DNA of 64,000 bases, taken from positions 20,707 through 84,706 of the forward strand of contig JAFZRZ010000064.1 of the NCBI GenBank assembly GCA_017619635.1. Reading direction: 5' to 3'. Below the pieces are notes generated by a model, which saw nothing but the letters and a program-made list of their open reading frames with translations, ran no database searches and had not been told where the DNA came from. Position numbers and translations under genes: made by a program. This document shows positions 24,926 through 34,147 of this stretch, piece after piece (the stretch's first letter is position 1; every line of letters begins with the position of its first letter). Source of the stretch: Lachnospiraceae bacterium. Lineage in GTDB: Bacteria; Bacillota; Clostridia; Lachnospirales; Lachnospiraceae.

Positions 24926-26215
24926 ATGGGAGAATACACATCAAAAGAGACTATTTGTATACAGAGCGGATATACACCCAAAAACGGTGAGCCGCGTAAT
25001 ATGCCCATAGTTCAGAGCACAACATTCAAATATGAAGACTCTGACGCGATGGGAAGACTTTTTGATCTTGAGGACAGCGGATATTTCTATACAAGACTTG
25101 CCAATCCCACAAATGACAATGTGGCTAACAAGATCTGCGCACTTGAAGGCGGATTTGCTGCAATGCTCACAAGTTCGGGACAGGCAGCCAACTTCTATGC
25201 TGTATTCAATATCTGTGAGAACGGCGGACATGTTGTAATGGCTTCCCCGATATACGGAGGAACATTCAATCTTGTTCTCACAACCATGAAGAAGATGGGC
25301 ATTGACTGCACTATCGTTCATCCCGATGATGACGAGGAGACATTGAATGCCGCATTTAAGGAGAACACAAAGTGCGTACTTGCAGAGTCGATCGCGAATC
25401 CCTCATGTATCGTGCTTGATATCGAGAAGTTTGCAAAAGTGGCTCATGCTCATGGCGTGCCGCTTATAATCGATAATACTTTCCCGACACCCATTAACTG
25501 TAATCCCATCAAATGGGGCGCAGATATAGTTACACATTCAACAACAAAGTACATGGACGGTCACGGACTTGGAGTTGGCGGATGTATCGTAGACAGCGGT
25601 AATTTTGACTGGGAAAAGTATGTTGATAAATTCCCCGGTCTTACACAGCCGGATGATTCATATCATGGAATCGTATATACCCAGAAATTCGGTAAGGCTG
25701 CATATATAACAAAGGCTACCGCGCAGCTTATGAGAGACCTTGGATCCATCCAGTCTCCTCAGAATGCGTTCTATCTCAATATCGGTCTTGAGACATTGCA
25801 TCTTCGTATGCCCAGACACGTTGAGAATGCCCAGAAAGTTGCGGAATTCCTTGCTTCGAATCCGAAGGTAGCGTGGGTTAATTATGCCGGACTCAAAGGT
25901 GATAAATACTATGATCTCGCTCAGAAGTACTGCCCGAACGGCACCTGTGGCGTTATGGCATTTGGTATGAAGGGCGGAAGAGAGGCTTCAAAGGCTGTTA
26001 TGAGTAATCTCAAGCTTGCATGTATCGTTACGCATGTTGCTGATGCAAGGACATGTGTGCTTCATCCGGCAAGCCATACTCACAGACAGATGACTGATGA
26101 GCAGCTGATCGCAGCCGGAATACTTCCCGAGTTCATCAGACTGAGTGTCGGTATTGAGAATGCTGATGATATAATAGCTGATTTCAAACAGGCTATTGAC
26201 AAAGTGGATTGCTAG
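24926..26215 (+). CDS. metY: O-acetylhomoserine (thiol)-lyase / sulfhydrylase (PLP-dependent Cys/Met metabolism family)
   Basis: The PLP-lysine region HSTTKYMDGHG, YTRLANPT and RLSVGIE are present. Length is 429 aa. Confidence 0.85.
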   Translation: MGEYTSKETICIQSGYTPKNGEPRNMPIVQSTTFKYEDSDAMGRLFDLEDSGYFYTRLANPTNDNVANKICALEGGFAAMLTSSGQAANFYAVFNICENGGHVVMASPIYGGTFNLVLTTMKKMGIDCTIVHPDDDEETLNAAFKENTKCVLAESIANPSCIVLDIEKFAKVAHAHGVPLIIDNTFPTPINCNPIKWGADIVTHSTTKYMDGHGLGVGGCIVDSGNFDWEKYVDKFPGLTQPDDSYHGIVYTQKFGKAAYITKATAQLMRDLGSIQSPQNAFYLNIGLETLHLRMPRHVENAQKVAEFLASNPKVAWVNYAGLKGDKYYDLAQKYCPNGTCGVMAFGMKGGREASKAVMSNLKLACIVTHVADARTCVLHPASHTHRQMTDEQLIAAGILPEFIRLSVGIENADDIIADFKQAIDKVDC

Positions 26216-26243
26216 TTAACAGTTTACTTACAGAGGTATCTTT

Positions 26244-29200
26244 ATGGATATTTCCAGAAATAAATTCAGCAACGCGATGTGCGTATTATTCACGGGTGTT
26301 CTTCTTGCGCTGTTCTGTATCTGCGTAGGAAGAAAATTCGGGATTGACAATATAGTTAGCCGTATGATCATAACTGCTGTATACTGCGGAGTGGTCGTAG
26401 GGCTGGCTTTTGTGCTTAATAAGGCTGTCAAAAAGTATGAGGACAGCAATGTTAACATCAATTTTGATAAATCATATCTGATAAGCATTATCGTAGCATC
26501 TGTATTATTCATAGTATTCAGACTGCTTATCATAAGCGATATCATCAAAGTGGAATTTAATACAGGCAAGGTTTATGAGATGGCAAAGATCGGTTCTGAC
26601 GGAAAGATCTTTACCAGTGCATCTACAGTTGACGGCATATTTGCGACCATGCTCTCGTTTTTGTTTAAGATATTCGGTAATACATTCTTCCCCGTATATC
26701 TTTTACAGACACTTCTTGGAATCGGTGCATTTGCGATGATCGTCGGTGCTGTCAGAGCGATATTCGGAAGCTTCCCATCTGCCATATGCGCATTGGGACT
26801 TGCTGTCATGCCTTTGTTTTACAGGAACATAGCAAGAGATTCTTCGGATTGCCTTGTACTGTTCATGTTTGGCGTGATAATGCTTGTGAGTGCCGGATAC
26901 AAAAAGTCGATAGAAGAGACATCCATTAAGTCTGTTTTCAGTATTCTTATCGGACTTTTAACAGGTATCTTTGCACTGTACAGTACTGTGTTCATACTTG
27001 TATTCCTGATCCCTGTTATTGTTCTTTTCAGATGCAATACAGAGATGTTGCGTGACAGGATCATAAATTCCGTATGTATACTGTGCGGACATCTGATAGG
27101 ATTTATCGCTCCGATAATCTTAAGTGCATATCTGTTTGAGAGAACCGGTGTTGACGGCTTCATAAACAGTTTAAATTCACATTTATCTTACAGATTCGGA
27201 TTCAGGGCTGATTTCAATTTCCTTACACGTTTAGGAGATGAGAGAGGCATATTTGTACTGCTCATTTTAAGTGTGTTCTTCAGTGTGATGTTCTGGAGAA
27301 ATGAGGATGATACAGCTCATATCATCATACCTTACTGGGTTGTTTTAGCCCTGCAGATGATATTTATAAATGTAAATAACAGACCGGCATATATCATGAT
27401 ATTTGCTGTATGTCTCCTTATTATAGGCGGATGCGGTCTCTATGATCTTGGAAGCACGGAGAGTCCCGTGAAGGTATACAGGATCGATGATGATATGCAG
27501 CCTGCCGAGATCACGACCATCGATGACAAACCGGTATCGATAGCTGCGGCAAAGATAGCAGCCAGCGCTCACGTTGAAACGATAGCCGTGGCTGAAAAGA
27601 ATGAAGAGATAAAGATAGCACAGCCTGAAAATAATGAACCGGTTAAAGAAGAACCTGTAAAGGCTGAAGAACCTGTTGGTGAAGCTCAACCCACATTGAC
27701 TCCTTCAGTCGAAGATAAAACGCTGGATGTACAGGAAGAGAAAAAGGAAGAACCGGTCATAGTAAAGGATGAACAGCCTGAAGAGATCAAGGAACCTGTT
27801 GAAGAAAAGAAACCTGATACAGAGCCGAAACCTGAAAGAAAATACAATACGGCCGAAGTAAGGCAGACAACAGACTTTGGCATGAACGATGTGGACTTTG
27901 AGTCATTGTTCAGCGGAGGAACGATTCCTCCCAAATCAGTTTCAAAAGATATATATGATGATGTTCCCGAAGAAAAAGAAGAAGTGACCGAAGATACGGT
28001 CGAAACAAGTGAGTCGACTGAACAGGAAAGTGTTCAGAACAGTGAAGCAACAATTCTTGAAGAGGATGAAAGCGTGAGAAGAGACAATTCAAAGGATCAG
28101 AAGGCATATGTTGATTCGTTCTTCGGTTATCTGTATGATGAACCGTCTCAGGAAACTGCGGTTGAAGAGCCTGTAACACCTGAGAAAGAAAAGTATGTCT
28201 CTCATGCATCCAACTTCGCTGATCTGGATCTGGATCTTGGCTTTGATGCATTTGACAACATGAATGTATCTCCTGTTGAAGAGAGCACATCACAGACTGA
28301 CACTGTTGAAAATACTGCGATAGATGAAGTGACTAAGGCTGCTGAGCCTGTTGTTGAAGAAATATCTACAGCAGTTGAAGTTGAAACGCCCGCTGCAAGT
28401 GAAAATGAGTTTAAATTTGAGGAAGAGATCAAAGAAGAACCGGTTAAGGCGGATGATTTCAGCATCGATGAGTTTGAAACAGACGGTAAGCGTGAGATAG
28501 AAAATATTGAAAGCGAGTTTGTCTTTGATTTCGCTCCCAAGCAGAATGATTATATAAAGAGCTGGGATTCGATAGAAAAGACTGACACGTTTGTAACTGA
28601 TGAGCTTGAAGTCTTTAAAGCTCTCAGTGAAGTTGACAACATAAAAGATGAATCCGCAAAAGATAAAGCTGTTCTTATAGATGAGGAATTTGAGGGCAGC
28701 GAGACCGAGGCATTCTTCAATGAAGAAACTACTCAAGAGAACGAGGAAGAATTCTCGCTTGAGGAGATGCTCGATAAGAAGATCGATGAGGATTTCTCTT
28801 ATGAAGACGCACTGAAGAACAAGATCGAGGATGAAGAGATTCAAAAGCACATCGGATTCTCTTATGAGGAAGCTCTTCAGAAGAAACTCGATGTTGAGCA
28901 GTCCATACTTGATGCAAAGAACAAGAATGAGTTCTCGTTTGAGGATGCCCTTAATGAGAAGATCGTTACTGAGGAATCCATAAATACGGCAGACCAACTC
29001 GGTGACATATCATATGTCAAGGCCGTTGAACAGAAGATGGCTGTTGAGGATGGTATCAAGAACAACATAAGTGATAATGCATTCTCATTCCAGGAAGCGA
29101 TAGAACAGAAACTGGATGTTGAAAGATCTATCGAAAAAGCACAGAACCAGGAGGCTTTGGCTGAATTTGAGGCTGAGCATCTCATAACTGAAGATGATTT

Positions 29201-29807
29201 TGATTTCTCAGGTAAGAATATCGGTGAGGAATTCTCTTTTGAAGAGACAAAACCTTTAGAAGAGACAAAGGCAGTTGAGGGATCAAGTGTCCTTGAAGAG
29301 ATGAACTTTGAGGATACCGCATCAACAGAGGGATCTAAGCTGTTTGATGAAACTCCTGTAGTCGAGGAATTCAAGGCATTTGAAGAGACTCCCATAGTCG
29401 AGGAATTCAAGGCGTTTGAAGAGACTCCCGTAGTTGAGGAATTCAAGGCATTCGAAGAGACTCCAATAGTTGAGGAGTTCAAGGCATTTGAAGAGACTCC
29501 TATAGTCGAGGAATTCAAGGCATTCGAAGAGACTCCAATAGTTGATGAACCTAAGACATTAACAGAAGAGACTGTTAGCGATCAAACCGCGACAGCTGAA
29601 GACAAAGCTCTTCAGAAAGAAGCTGTAAAAGCAGAAGAGAAATCTGATGAAAAGCCTGAAGAAGAGAAGGTCGAACTCATTGAGAATCCGCTTCCGCTTC
29701 CGAAGAAACATGTTCACAGAGAGATGGATTACGGAAGGTCCATACCTGAGGCTTGGATGCATTACGATGTCGAACTTGACAGCAGGAATGATCATTATGA
29801 TATCTGA
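26244..29807 (+). CDS. Polytopic membrane protein (about 12-13 helices) fused to a ~780-aa hyper-acidic repeat-rich tail; function unknown
   Basis: A single uninterrupted 1187-codon ORF. Residues 1-400 are hydrophobic helices. The rest is Glu/Asp-dominated with several in-frame repeat families. It ends 23 nt before ftsK. Confidence 0.8.
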   Translation: MDISRNKFSNAMCVLFTGVLLALFCICVGRKFGIDNIVSRMIITAVYCGVVVGLAFVLNKAVKKYEDSNVNINFDKSYLISIIVASVLFIVFRLLIISDIIKVEFNTGKVYEMAKIGSDGKIFTSASTVDGIFATMLSFLFKIFGNTFFPVYLLQTLLGIGAFAMIVGAVRAIFGSFPSAICALGLAVMPLFYRNIARDSSDCLVLFMFGVIMLVSAGYKKSIEETSIKSVFSILIGLLTGIFALYSTVFILVFLIPVIVLFRCNTEMLRDRIINSVCILCGHLIGFIAPIILSAYLFERTGVDGFINSLNSHLSYRFGFRADFNFLTRLGDERGIFVLLILSVFFSVMFWRNEDDTAHIIIPYWVVLALQMIFINVNNRPAYIMIFAVCLLIIGGCGLYDLGSTESPVKVYRIDDDMQPAEITTIDDKPVSIAAAKIAASAHVETIAVAEKNEEIKIAQPENNEPVKEEPVKAEEPVGEAQPTLTPSVEDKTLDVQEEKKEEPVIVKDEQPEEIKEPVEEKKPDTEPKPERKYNTAEVRQTTDFGMNDVDFESLFSGGTIPPKSVSKDIYDDVPEEKEEVTEDTVETSESTEQESVQNSEATILEEDESVRRDNSKDQKAYVDSFFGYLYDEPSQETAVEEPVTPEKEKYVSHASNFADLDLDLGFDAFDNMNVSPVEESTSQTDTVENTAIDEVTKAAEPVVEEISTAVEVETPAASENEFKFEEEIKEEPVKADDFSIDEFETDGKREIENIESEFVFDFAPKQNDYIKSWDSIEKTDTFVTDELEVFKALSEVDNIKDESAKDKAVLIDEEFEGSETEAFFNEETTQENEEEFSLEEMLDKKIDEDFSYEDALKNKIEDEEIQKHIGFSYEEALQKKLDVEQSILDAKNKNEFSFEDALNEKIVTEESINTADQLGDISYVKAVEQKMAVEDGIKNNISDNAFSFQEAIEQKLDVERSIEKAQNQEALAEFEAEHLITEDDFDFSGKNIGEEFSFEETKPLEETKAVEGSSVLEEMNFEDTASTEGSKLFDETPVVEEFKAFEETPIVEEFKAFEETPVVEEFKAFEETPIVEEFKAFEETPIVEEFKAFEETPIVDEPKTLTEETVSDQTATAEDKALQKEAVKAEEKSDEKPEEEKVELIENPLPLPKKHVHREMDYGRSIPEAWMHYDVELDSRNDHYDI
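29349..29555 (+). repeat. About 5.7 in-frame tandem copies of a 36-nt unit encoding ETP[IV]VEEFKAFE
   Basis: Units start at 29349, 29385, 29421, 29457, 29493 and 29529 (the last is partial). Copies differ almost only at third codon positions. Confidence 0.9.
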
Positions 29808-29830
29808 TAGATAAGGCTGGATGATATATT

Positions 29831-32452
29831 ATGGCCACTAGTGGTAGCAAAAGAAGCACTTCTTCCTCAAACAGAGGAAGAAAACCTGCTTCTTCAAAGA
29901 AAACAAACAATTCAAAAAACAGAAAGAACACAAGGACGATTTCCGATGAGGATCTGTTGATCATCAACTATGCGGTCATCATAGGGTCGATCTGTATTTG
30001 TGTTCTTCTTTTTCTGTGCAATTTCATAAAACTCGGCGTTGTCGGTGATATATTGAGCAACATAATGTTCGGGCTTTTCGGTAAGATGGCTTTTGCTTTC
30101 CCGGTATTCTTGGTGATACTGGCTTTCCTTTGGATATCGAAACAGTCGGACAGCCGTCTTAAAACAAAGATGATAGCCATAATCGTATTGTTCTTTGCGG
30201 TTTCTGTTATCTTTGAAGTCACAAAAGGCTACAGCTCAATGAATGATGAGTACAGTTTTGTGGAGTTGTGGAAGACAGGATATGTTGATAGAGCCGGCGG
30301 TGGTATATTTGGCGGTTCTATCGGTTATGCGATGAATAAATATCTCGGTCAGTTCGCAACTATACTTATCGATGTATGTGTTCTTGTGATATGCATCCTC
30401 TTTATACTCGGAAAAGGCTTTATAGAGATGTTTCTTGATGGCGGTGATCGCATAAAGACCACAGCCAGAGAGGCAAGAGAGTTCAGGAGAGAACAGCTCG
30501 AAAAGAGACGTGAGGAATATGATGAGGACGAGCGCGAACTCGAAAGACAGGCAAGAAGAGCTGAACGTGAGGAAAAGGCACGCGCAAAACAGCTTGAAAG
30601 AGAAAGACGTTTGAGCGAGAAGGAAGCAGCTGAGACTGAAAATATCCTCAGAATGGACAAGAGGATATCGGGAGTATCCGCAAACACAACGCTTAAAGAA
30701 GATCCGTCTCTTAAAAAGCATGATGACATGCATGAGATAACATTCAAGGAGACAGAGCGTGAGGTTGTTAAAGAACGTATAACTGTCAAGGATTCAAATC
30801 CCATGGACAGCAGTATACGTTTCCATATGGCAGGAGAAAGCGAACCTGAAGAAAAAGAGACTGTTGAGACAGTCACACCCATTCCGCAGACTCCTGTAAG
30901 AACTGTAAGCCCCAAAGCACAAAAAGCTGAAGTCACATCTCAAAAACAGGAAGAGAACACGATCGTTCCAAAGAGAGAGACTTCAAACAAGAAATATAAA
31001 TTCCCGCCTCTGTCACTCCTTTCAAAGGGAGAAGCTTCAAAGGGCGGAGATTCAAAGAATGTTCTTACGGAAACCGCAAGAAAGTTAGAGGATGCGCTTG
31101 ACAGCTTCGGTGTAAGTGCAAGAGTTACCGATATAAGTCAGGGCCCCAGTGTCACAAGATATGAACTTGAGCCTGCGATCGGTGTAAAGGTGAGCAGGAT
31201 CACTTCACTTGCAGATGACCTTAAACTGCATCTTGCGGCAAAAGATATAAGAATAGAGGCTCCTATACCCGGAAAATCGGCAGTTGGTATCGAGGTACCG
31301 AATTCCGAGAGCAGCGGTGTTAAGTTAAGAGAACTGTTCGAGGACAGTGAGTTTAAGGATTTCAAGGGAAATATCGTGTTTGCTGTCGGTAAGGACATAG
31401 CAGGAAAAGTAATTGTCACTGATATCTCCAAGATGCCTCACATGCTCATAGCCGGAAGTACGGGTTCAGGTAAATCCGTATGTATAAATACGATAATCAT
31501 GAGTATCATATATAAGCACGATCCCAAGGATGTCCAGCTTATCATGGTCGATCCCAAAGTGGTCGAGCTGAATGTATATAATGGTATACCGCATCTTATG
31601 ATACCTGTTGTGACAGATCCCAAGAAAGCTGCAGGAGCACTTAACTGGGCTGTTGCTGAGATGACTGACAGATATAAGAAGTTTGCCGATATGAATGTCA
31701 GGGATCTTAAGGGATACAATAAGAAGGTTGATGAGATGAACGATGAGGAACATAAACATCTTCCTCAGATAGTAATAATCGTAGATGAGCTTGCAGACCT
31801 TATGATGGTCGCTGCAAAGGAGGTTGAAGAGGCTATATGTCGTCTTGCTCAGCTTGCAAGAGCATGCGGTATCCATCTGATCCTGGCAACACAGAGACCG
31901 TCCGTTGATGTCATCACAGGTCTTATCAAGGCAAATATGCCAAGCAGAGTCGCATTTGCCGTATCCAGCGGAATAGACTCGCGTACCATACTTGATATGA
32001 ACGGAGCTGAGAAACTGCTAGGAAAAGGTGACATGCTTTTCTATCCTCAGGGTTATACCAAGCCTGCAAGAATTCAGGGAGCTTTCGTATCCGATAAGGA
32101 AGTATCGGATGTGGTCGATTTCATAAAAGACCAGAGACTACATAACGAATTCAGTGAGCAGGTGTCTGAGAGCGTTAACAAGATAAGCTCGTCTCCGAAT
32201 GCCGCATCGGGATCGGGAGATGATTCCGGATATGATGATCTTTTTGCTGAGGCAGGCTACTTTATCATAGATGCAAACAAAGCATCCATAGGTAACCTTC
32301 AAAGAAAGTTCAGGATCGGATTTAACCGTGCAGCAAGGATCATGGATCAGCTGTGCGATGCGGGAGTTGTCGGTGCAGAACAGGGCACCAAACCAAGAGA
32401 AGTCATAATGAGCAGAGAACAGTTTGAACAGTTTGTTGAGGAATATGTTTAA
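29831..32452 (+). CDS. ftsK: DNA translocase FtsK/SpoIIIE
   Basis: It has N-terminal TM helices and a charged coiled linker. The motor domain carries Walker A GSTGSGKSV and Walker B IVIIVDELADLM. The C-terminal gamma winged-helix is IGNLQRKFRIGFNRAARIMDQL. Confidence 0.93.
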   Translation: MATSGSKRSTSSSNRGRKPASSKKTNNSKNRKNTRTISDEDLLIINYAVIIGSICICVLLFLCNFIKLGVVGDILSNIMFGLFGKMAFAFPVFLVILAFLWISKQSDSRLKTKMIAIIVLFFAVSVIFEVTKGYSSMNDEYSFVELWKTGYVDRAGGGIFGGSIGYAMNKYLGQFATILIDVCVLVICILFILGKGFIEMFLDGGDRIKTTAREAREFRREQLEKRREEYDEDERELERQARRAEREEKARAKQLERERRLSEKEAAETENILRMDKRISGVSANTTLKEDPSLKKHDDMHEITFKETEREVVKERITVKDSNPMDSSIRFHMAGESEPEEKETVETVTPIPQTPVRTVSPKAQKAEVTSQKQEENTIVPKRETSNKKYKFPPLSLLSKGEASKGGDSKNVLTETARKLEDALDSFGVSARVTDISQGPSVTRYELEPAIGVKVSRITSLADDLKLHLAAKDIRIEAPIPGKSAVGIEVPNSESSGVKLRELFEDSEFKDFKGNIVFAVGKDIAGKVIVTDISKMPHMLIAGSTGSGKSVCINTIIMSIIYKHDPKDVQLIMVDPKVVELNVYNGIPHLMIPVVTDPKKAAGALNWAVAEMTDRYKKFADMNVRDLKGYNKKVDEMNDEEHKHLPQIVIIVDELADLMMVAAKEVEEAICRLAQLARACGIHLILATQRPSVDVITGLIKANMPSRVAFAVSSGIDSRTILDMNGAEKLLGKGDMLFYPQGYTKPARIQGAFVSDKEVSDVVDFIKDQRLHNEFSEQVSESVNKISSSPNAASGSGDDSGYDDLFAEAGYFIIDANKASIGNLQRKFRIGFNRAARIMDQLCDAGVVGAEQGTKPREVIMSREQFEQFVEEYV

Positions 32453-32474
32453 AGCTTTTTAAAAAGGAGATTTT

Positions 32475-34145
32475 ATGCCCAAGACAGATATTGAAATAGC
32501 ACAGGAAGCAAAACTTGATAATATCGAGGATGTTGCCGCAAGGATCGGTATCAATAAGGATGAACTCGAGCTTTACGGAAGATATAAAGCTAAGCTTTCG
32601 GATGAGTATCTAAACCGTATAAAGGATAACCCGGACGGAAAGCTCATACTTGTTACAGCCATCAATCCCACGCCTGCAGGTGAGGGAAAGACGACCACTA
32701 CCGTAGGTCTCGGACAGGCTTTCGGAAAGCTTAACAAAAAAGCGATAATAGCATTAAGAGAGCCTTCACTCGGACCATGCTTTGGCATAAAGGGAGGTGC
32801 AGCAGGAGGCGGTTATGCACAGGTTGTGCCCATGGAAGACCTTAACCTGCATTTCACAGGTGATTTCCATGCGATAACAAGCGCAAACAATCTGCTCGCA
32901 GCATTGCTCGACAATCATATACAGCAGGGAAATGAGCTTAACATCGATACCAGACAGATAATCTGGAAAAGATGTGAGGATATGAACGACAGAGTCTTAA
33001 GAAACATAGTTGTGGGACTTGGTTCAAAAGCGGACGGATATGTAAGAGAAGATCATTTTGTAATAACCGTGGCTTCTGAGATCATGGCGATACTGTGTCT
33101 TGCACAGGATATGGATGATCTTAAGAAAAAGCTTTCTAATATTATCGTTGCTTACGATATTGCGGGGAATCCTGTTACTGCAAAGGATCTCAAGGCAGTA
33201 GGCGCTATGGCGGCACTTTTAAAAGATGCGATCAAGCCAAACCTCATTCAGACCCTTGAGCATACACCGGCACTTGTTCACGGCGGTCCTTTTGCAAATA
33301 TAGCTCACGGATGCAATTCTGTAAGAGCTACAAAAGCAGCTTTAAAGATGGCTGATTACTGTATCACGGAAGCAGGATTCGGAGCAGATCTTGGAGCGGA
33401 GAAGTTCCTTGATATCAAGTGCAGAAAAGCAGGACTTGCTCCCGATGCGATCGTTTTAGTCGCAACGATAAGAGCACTTAAGTATAACGGCGGTGTCAAG
33501 AAAGAGGACCTTAACAAAGAGGATCTTGAGGCACTCAAAAAAGGAATATCAAATCTTGAGAAACACATAGAGAATCTTAAAGGATACGGTGTTCCGATCG
33601 TTGTTACGCTCAATTCATTTATAAGTGATACGCAGGCTGAGACAGATTTTGTGAAGTCTTTCTGTGAGAACATGGGTGCTTCATTTGCACTCAGCAGAGT
33701 ATGGGAAAACGGCGGAGAAGGCGGAATAGATCTTGCAAACAAAGTGCTCGAAGCACTGGAAAAACCTGCAGACTTTAAGCTGCTTTATCCGGATGATATG
33801 TCACTTAAGGATAAGATAAACACAGTCGCAACAAAGATATACGGAGCAGACGGAATAGATATCCTGGCTTCTGCGCAAAAGAAGCTGGATAAGATCGAAC
33901 AGCTTGGATTCTCTGATCTCCCTGTATGTATAGCAAAGAATCAGTATTCGTTAAGCGATGATCCTACCAAGCTTGGAAGACCGAAGGATTTCAGGGTTAC
34001 AATAAGAGACGTGTATGTATCTGCAGGTGCGGGATTCGTTGTTGTGCTTACCGGTGATGTAATGACGATGCCGGGACTTTCAAAGAACCCTGCTGCATAC
34101 AATATAGATGTTGATTCAAACGGAAGGATTACAGGTTTGTTCTGA
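32475..34145 (+). CDS. fhs: Formate--tetrahydrofolate ligase
   Basis: 556 aa with P-loop [33 protein letters not shown] and [13 protein letters not shown]. Confidence 0.95.
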   Translation: MPKTDIEIAQEAKLDNIEDVAARIGINKDELELYGRYKAKLSDEYLNRIKDNPDGKLILVTAINPTPAGEGKTTTTVGLGQAFGKLNKKAIIALREPSLGPCFGIKGGAAGGGYAQVVPMEDLNLHFTGDFHAITSANNLLAALLDNHIQQGNELNIDTRQIIWKRCEDMNDRVLRNIVVGLGSKADGYVREDHFVITVASEIMAILCLAQDMDDLKKKLSNIIVAYDIAGNPVTAKDLKAVGAMAALLKDAIKPNLIQTLEHTPALVHGGPFANIAHGCNSVRATKAALKMADYCITEAGFGADLGAEKFLDIKCRKAGLAPDAIVLVATIRALKYNGGVKKEDLNKEDLEALKKGISNLEKHIENLKGYGVPIVVTLNSFISDTQAETDFVKSFCENMGASFALSRVWENGGEGGIDLANKVLEALEKPADFKLLYPDDMSLKDKINTVATKIYGADGIDILASAQKKLDKIEQLGFSDLPVCIAKNQYSLSDDPTKLGRPKDFRVTIRDVYVSAGAGFVVVLTGDVMTMPGLSKNPAAYNIDVDSNGRITGLF

Positions 34146-34147
34146 TC

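Noticed and set aside
24956-24963. TGTATACA, the core of the GntR-type palindrome, occurs again inside the start of metY.
   Set aside because: It is only an 8-bp core inside coding sequence, with no flanking symmetry. About one such occurrence is expected by chance in 64 kb.
28290-29518. Two long antisense ORFs (235 aa at 28290-28997 and 213 aa at 28877-29518) lie opposite the acidic tail of the 1187-aa gene.
   Set aside because: They are Ser/Leu/Phe-rich mirror images of GAA/GAG/GAT-rich codons, where the reverse complement rarely produces stops. They have no RBS or promoter and lie entirely inside a coherent sense ORF.
29349-29555. Regularly spaced 36-nt direct repeats, checked as a possible CRISPR array.
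   Set aside because: The repeats are contiguous with no spacers, in frame within a long ORF, and encode a conserved peptide. No cas genes are in the window.
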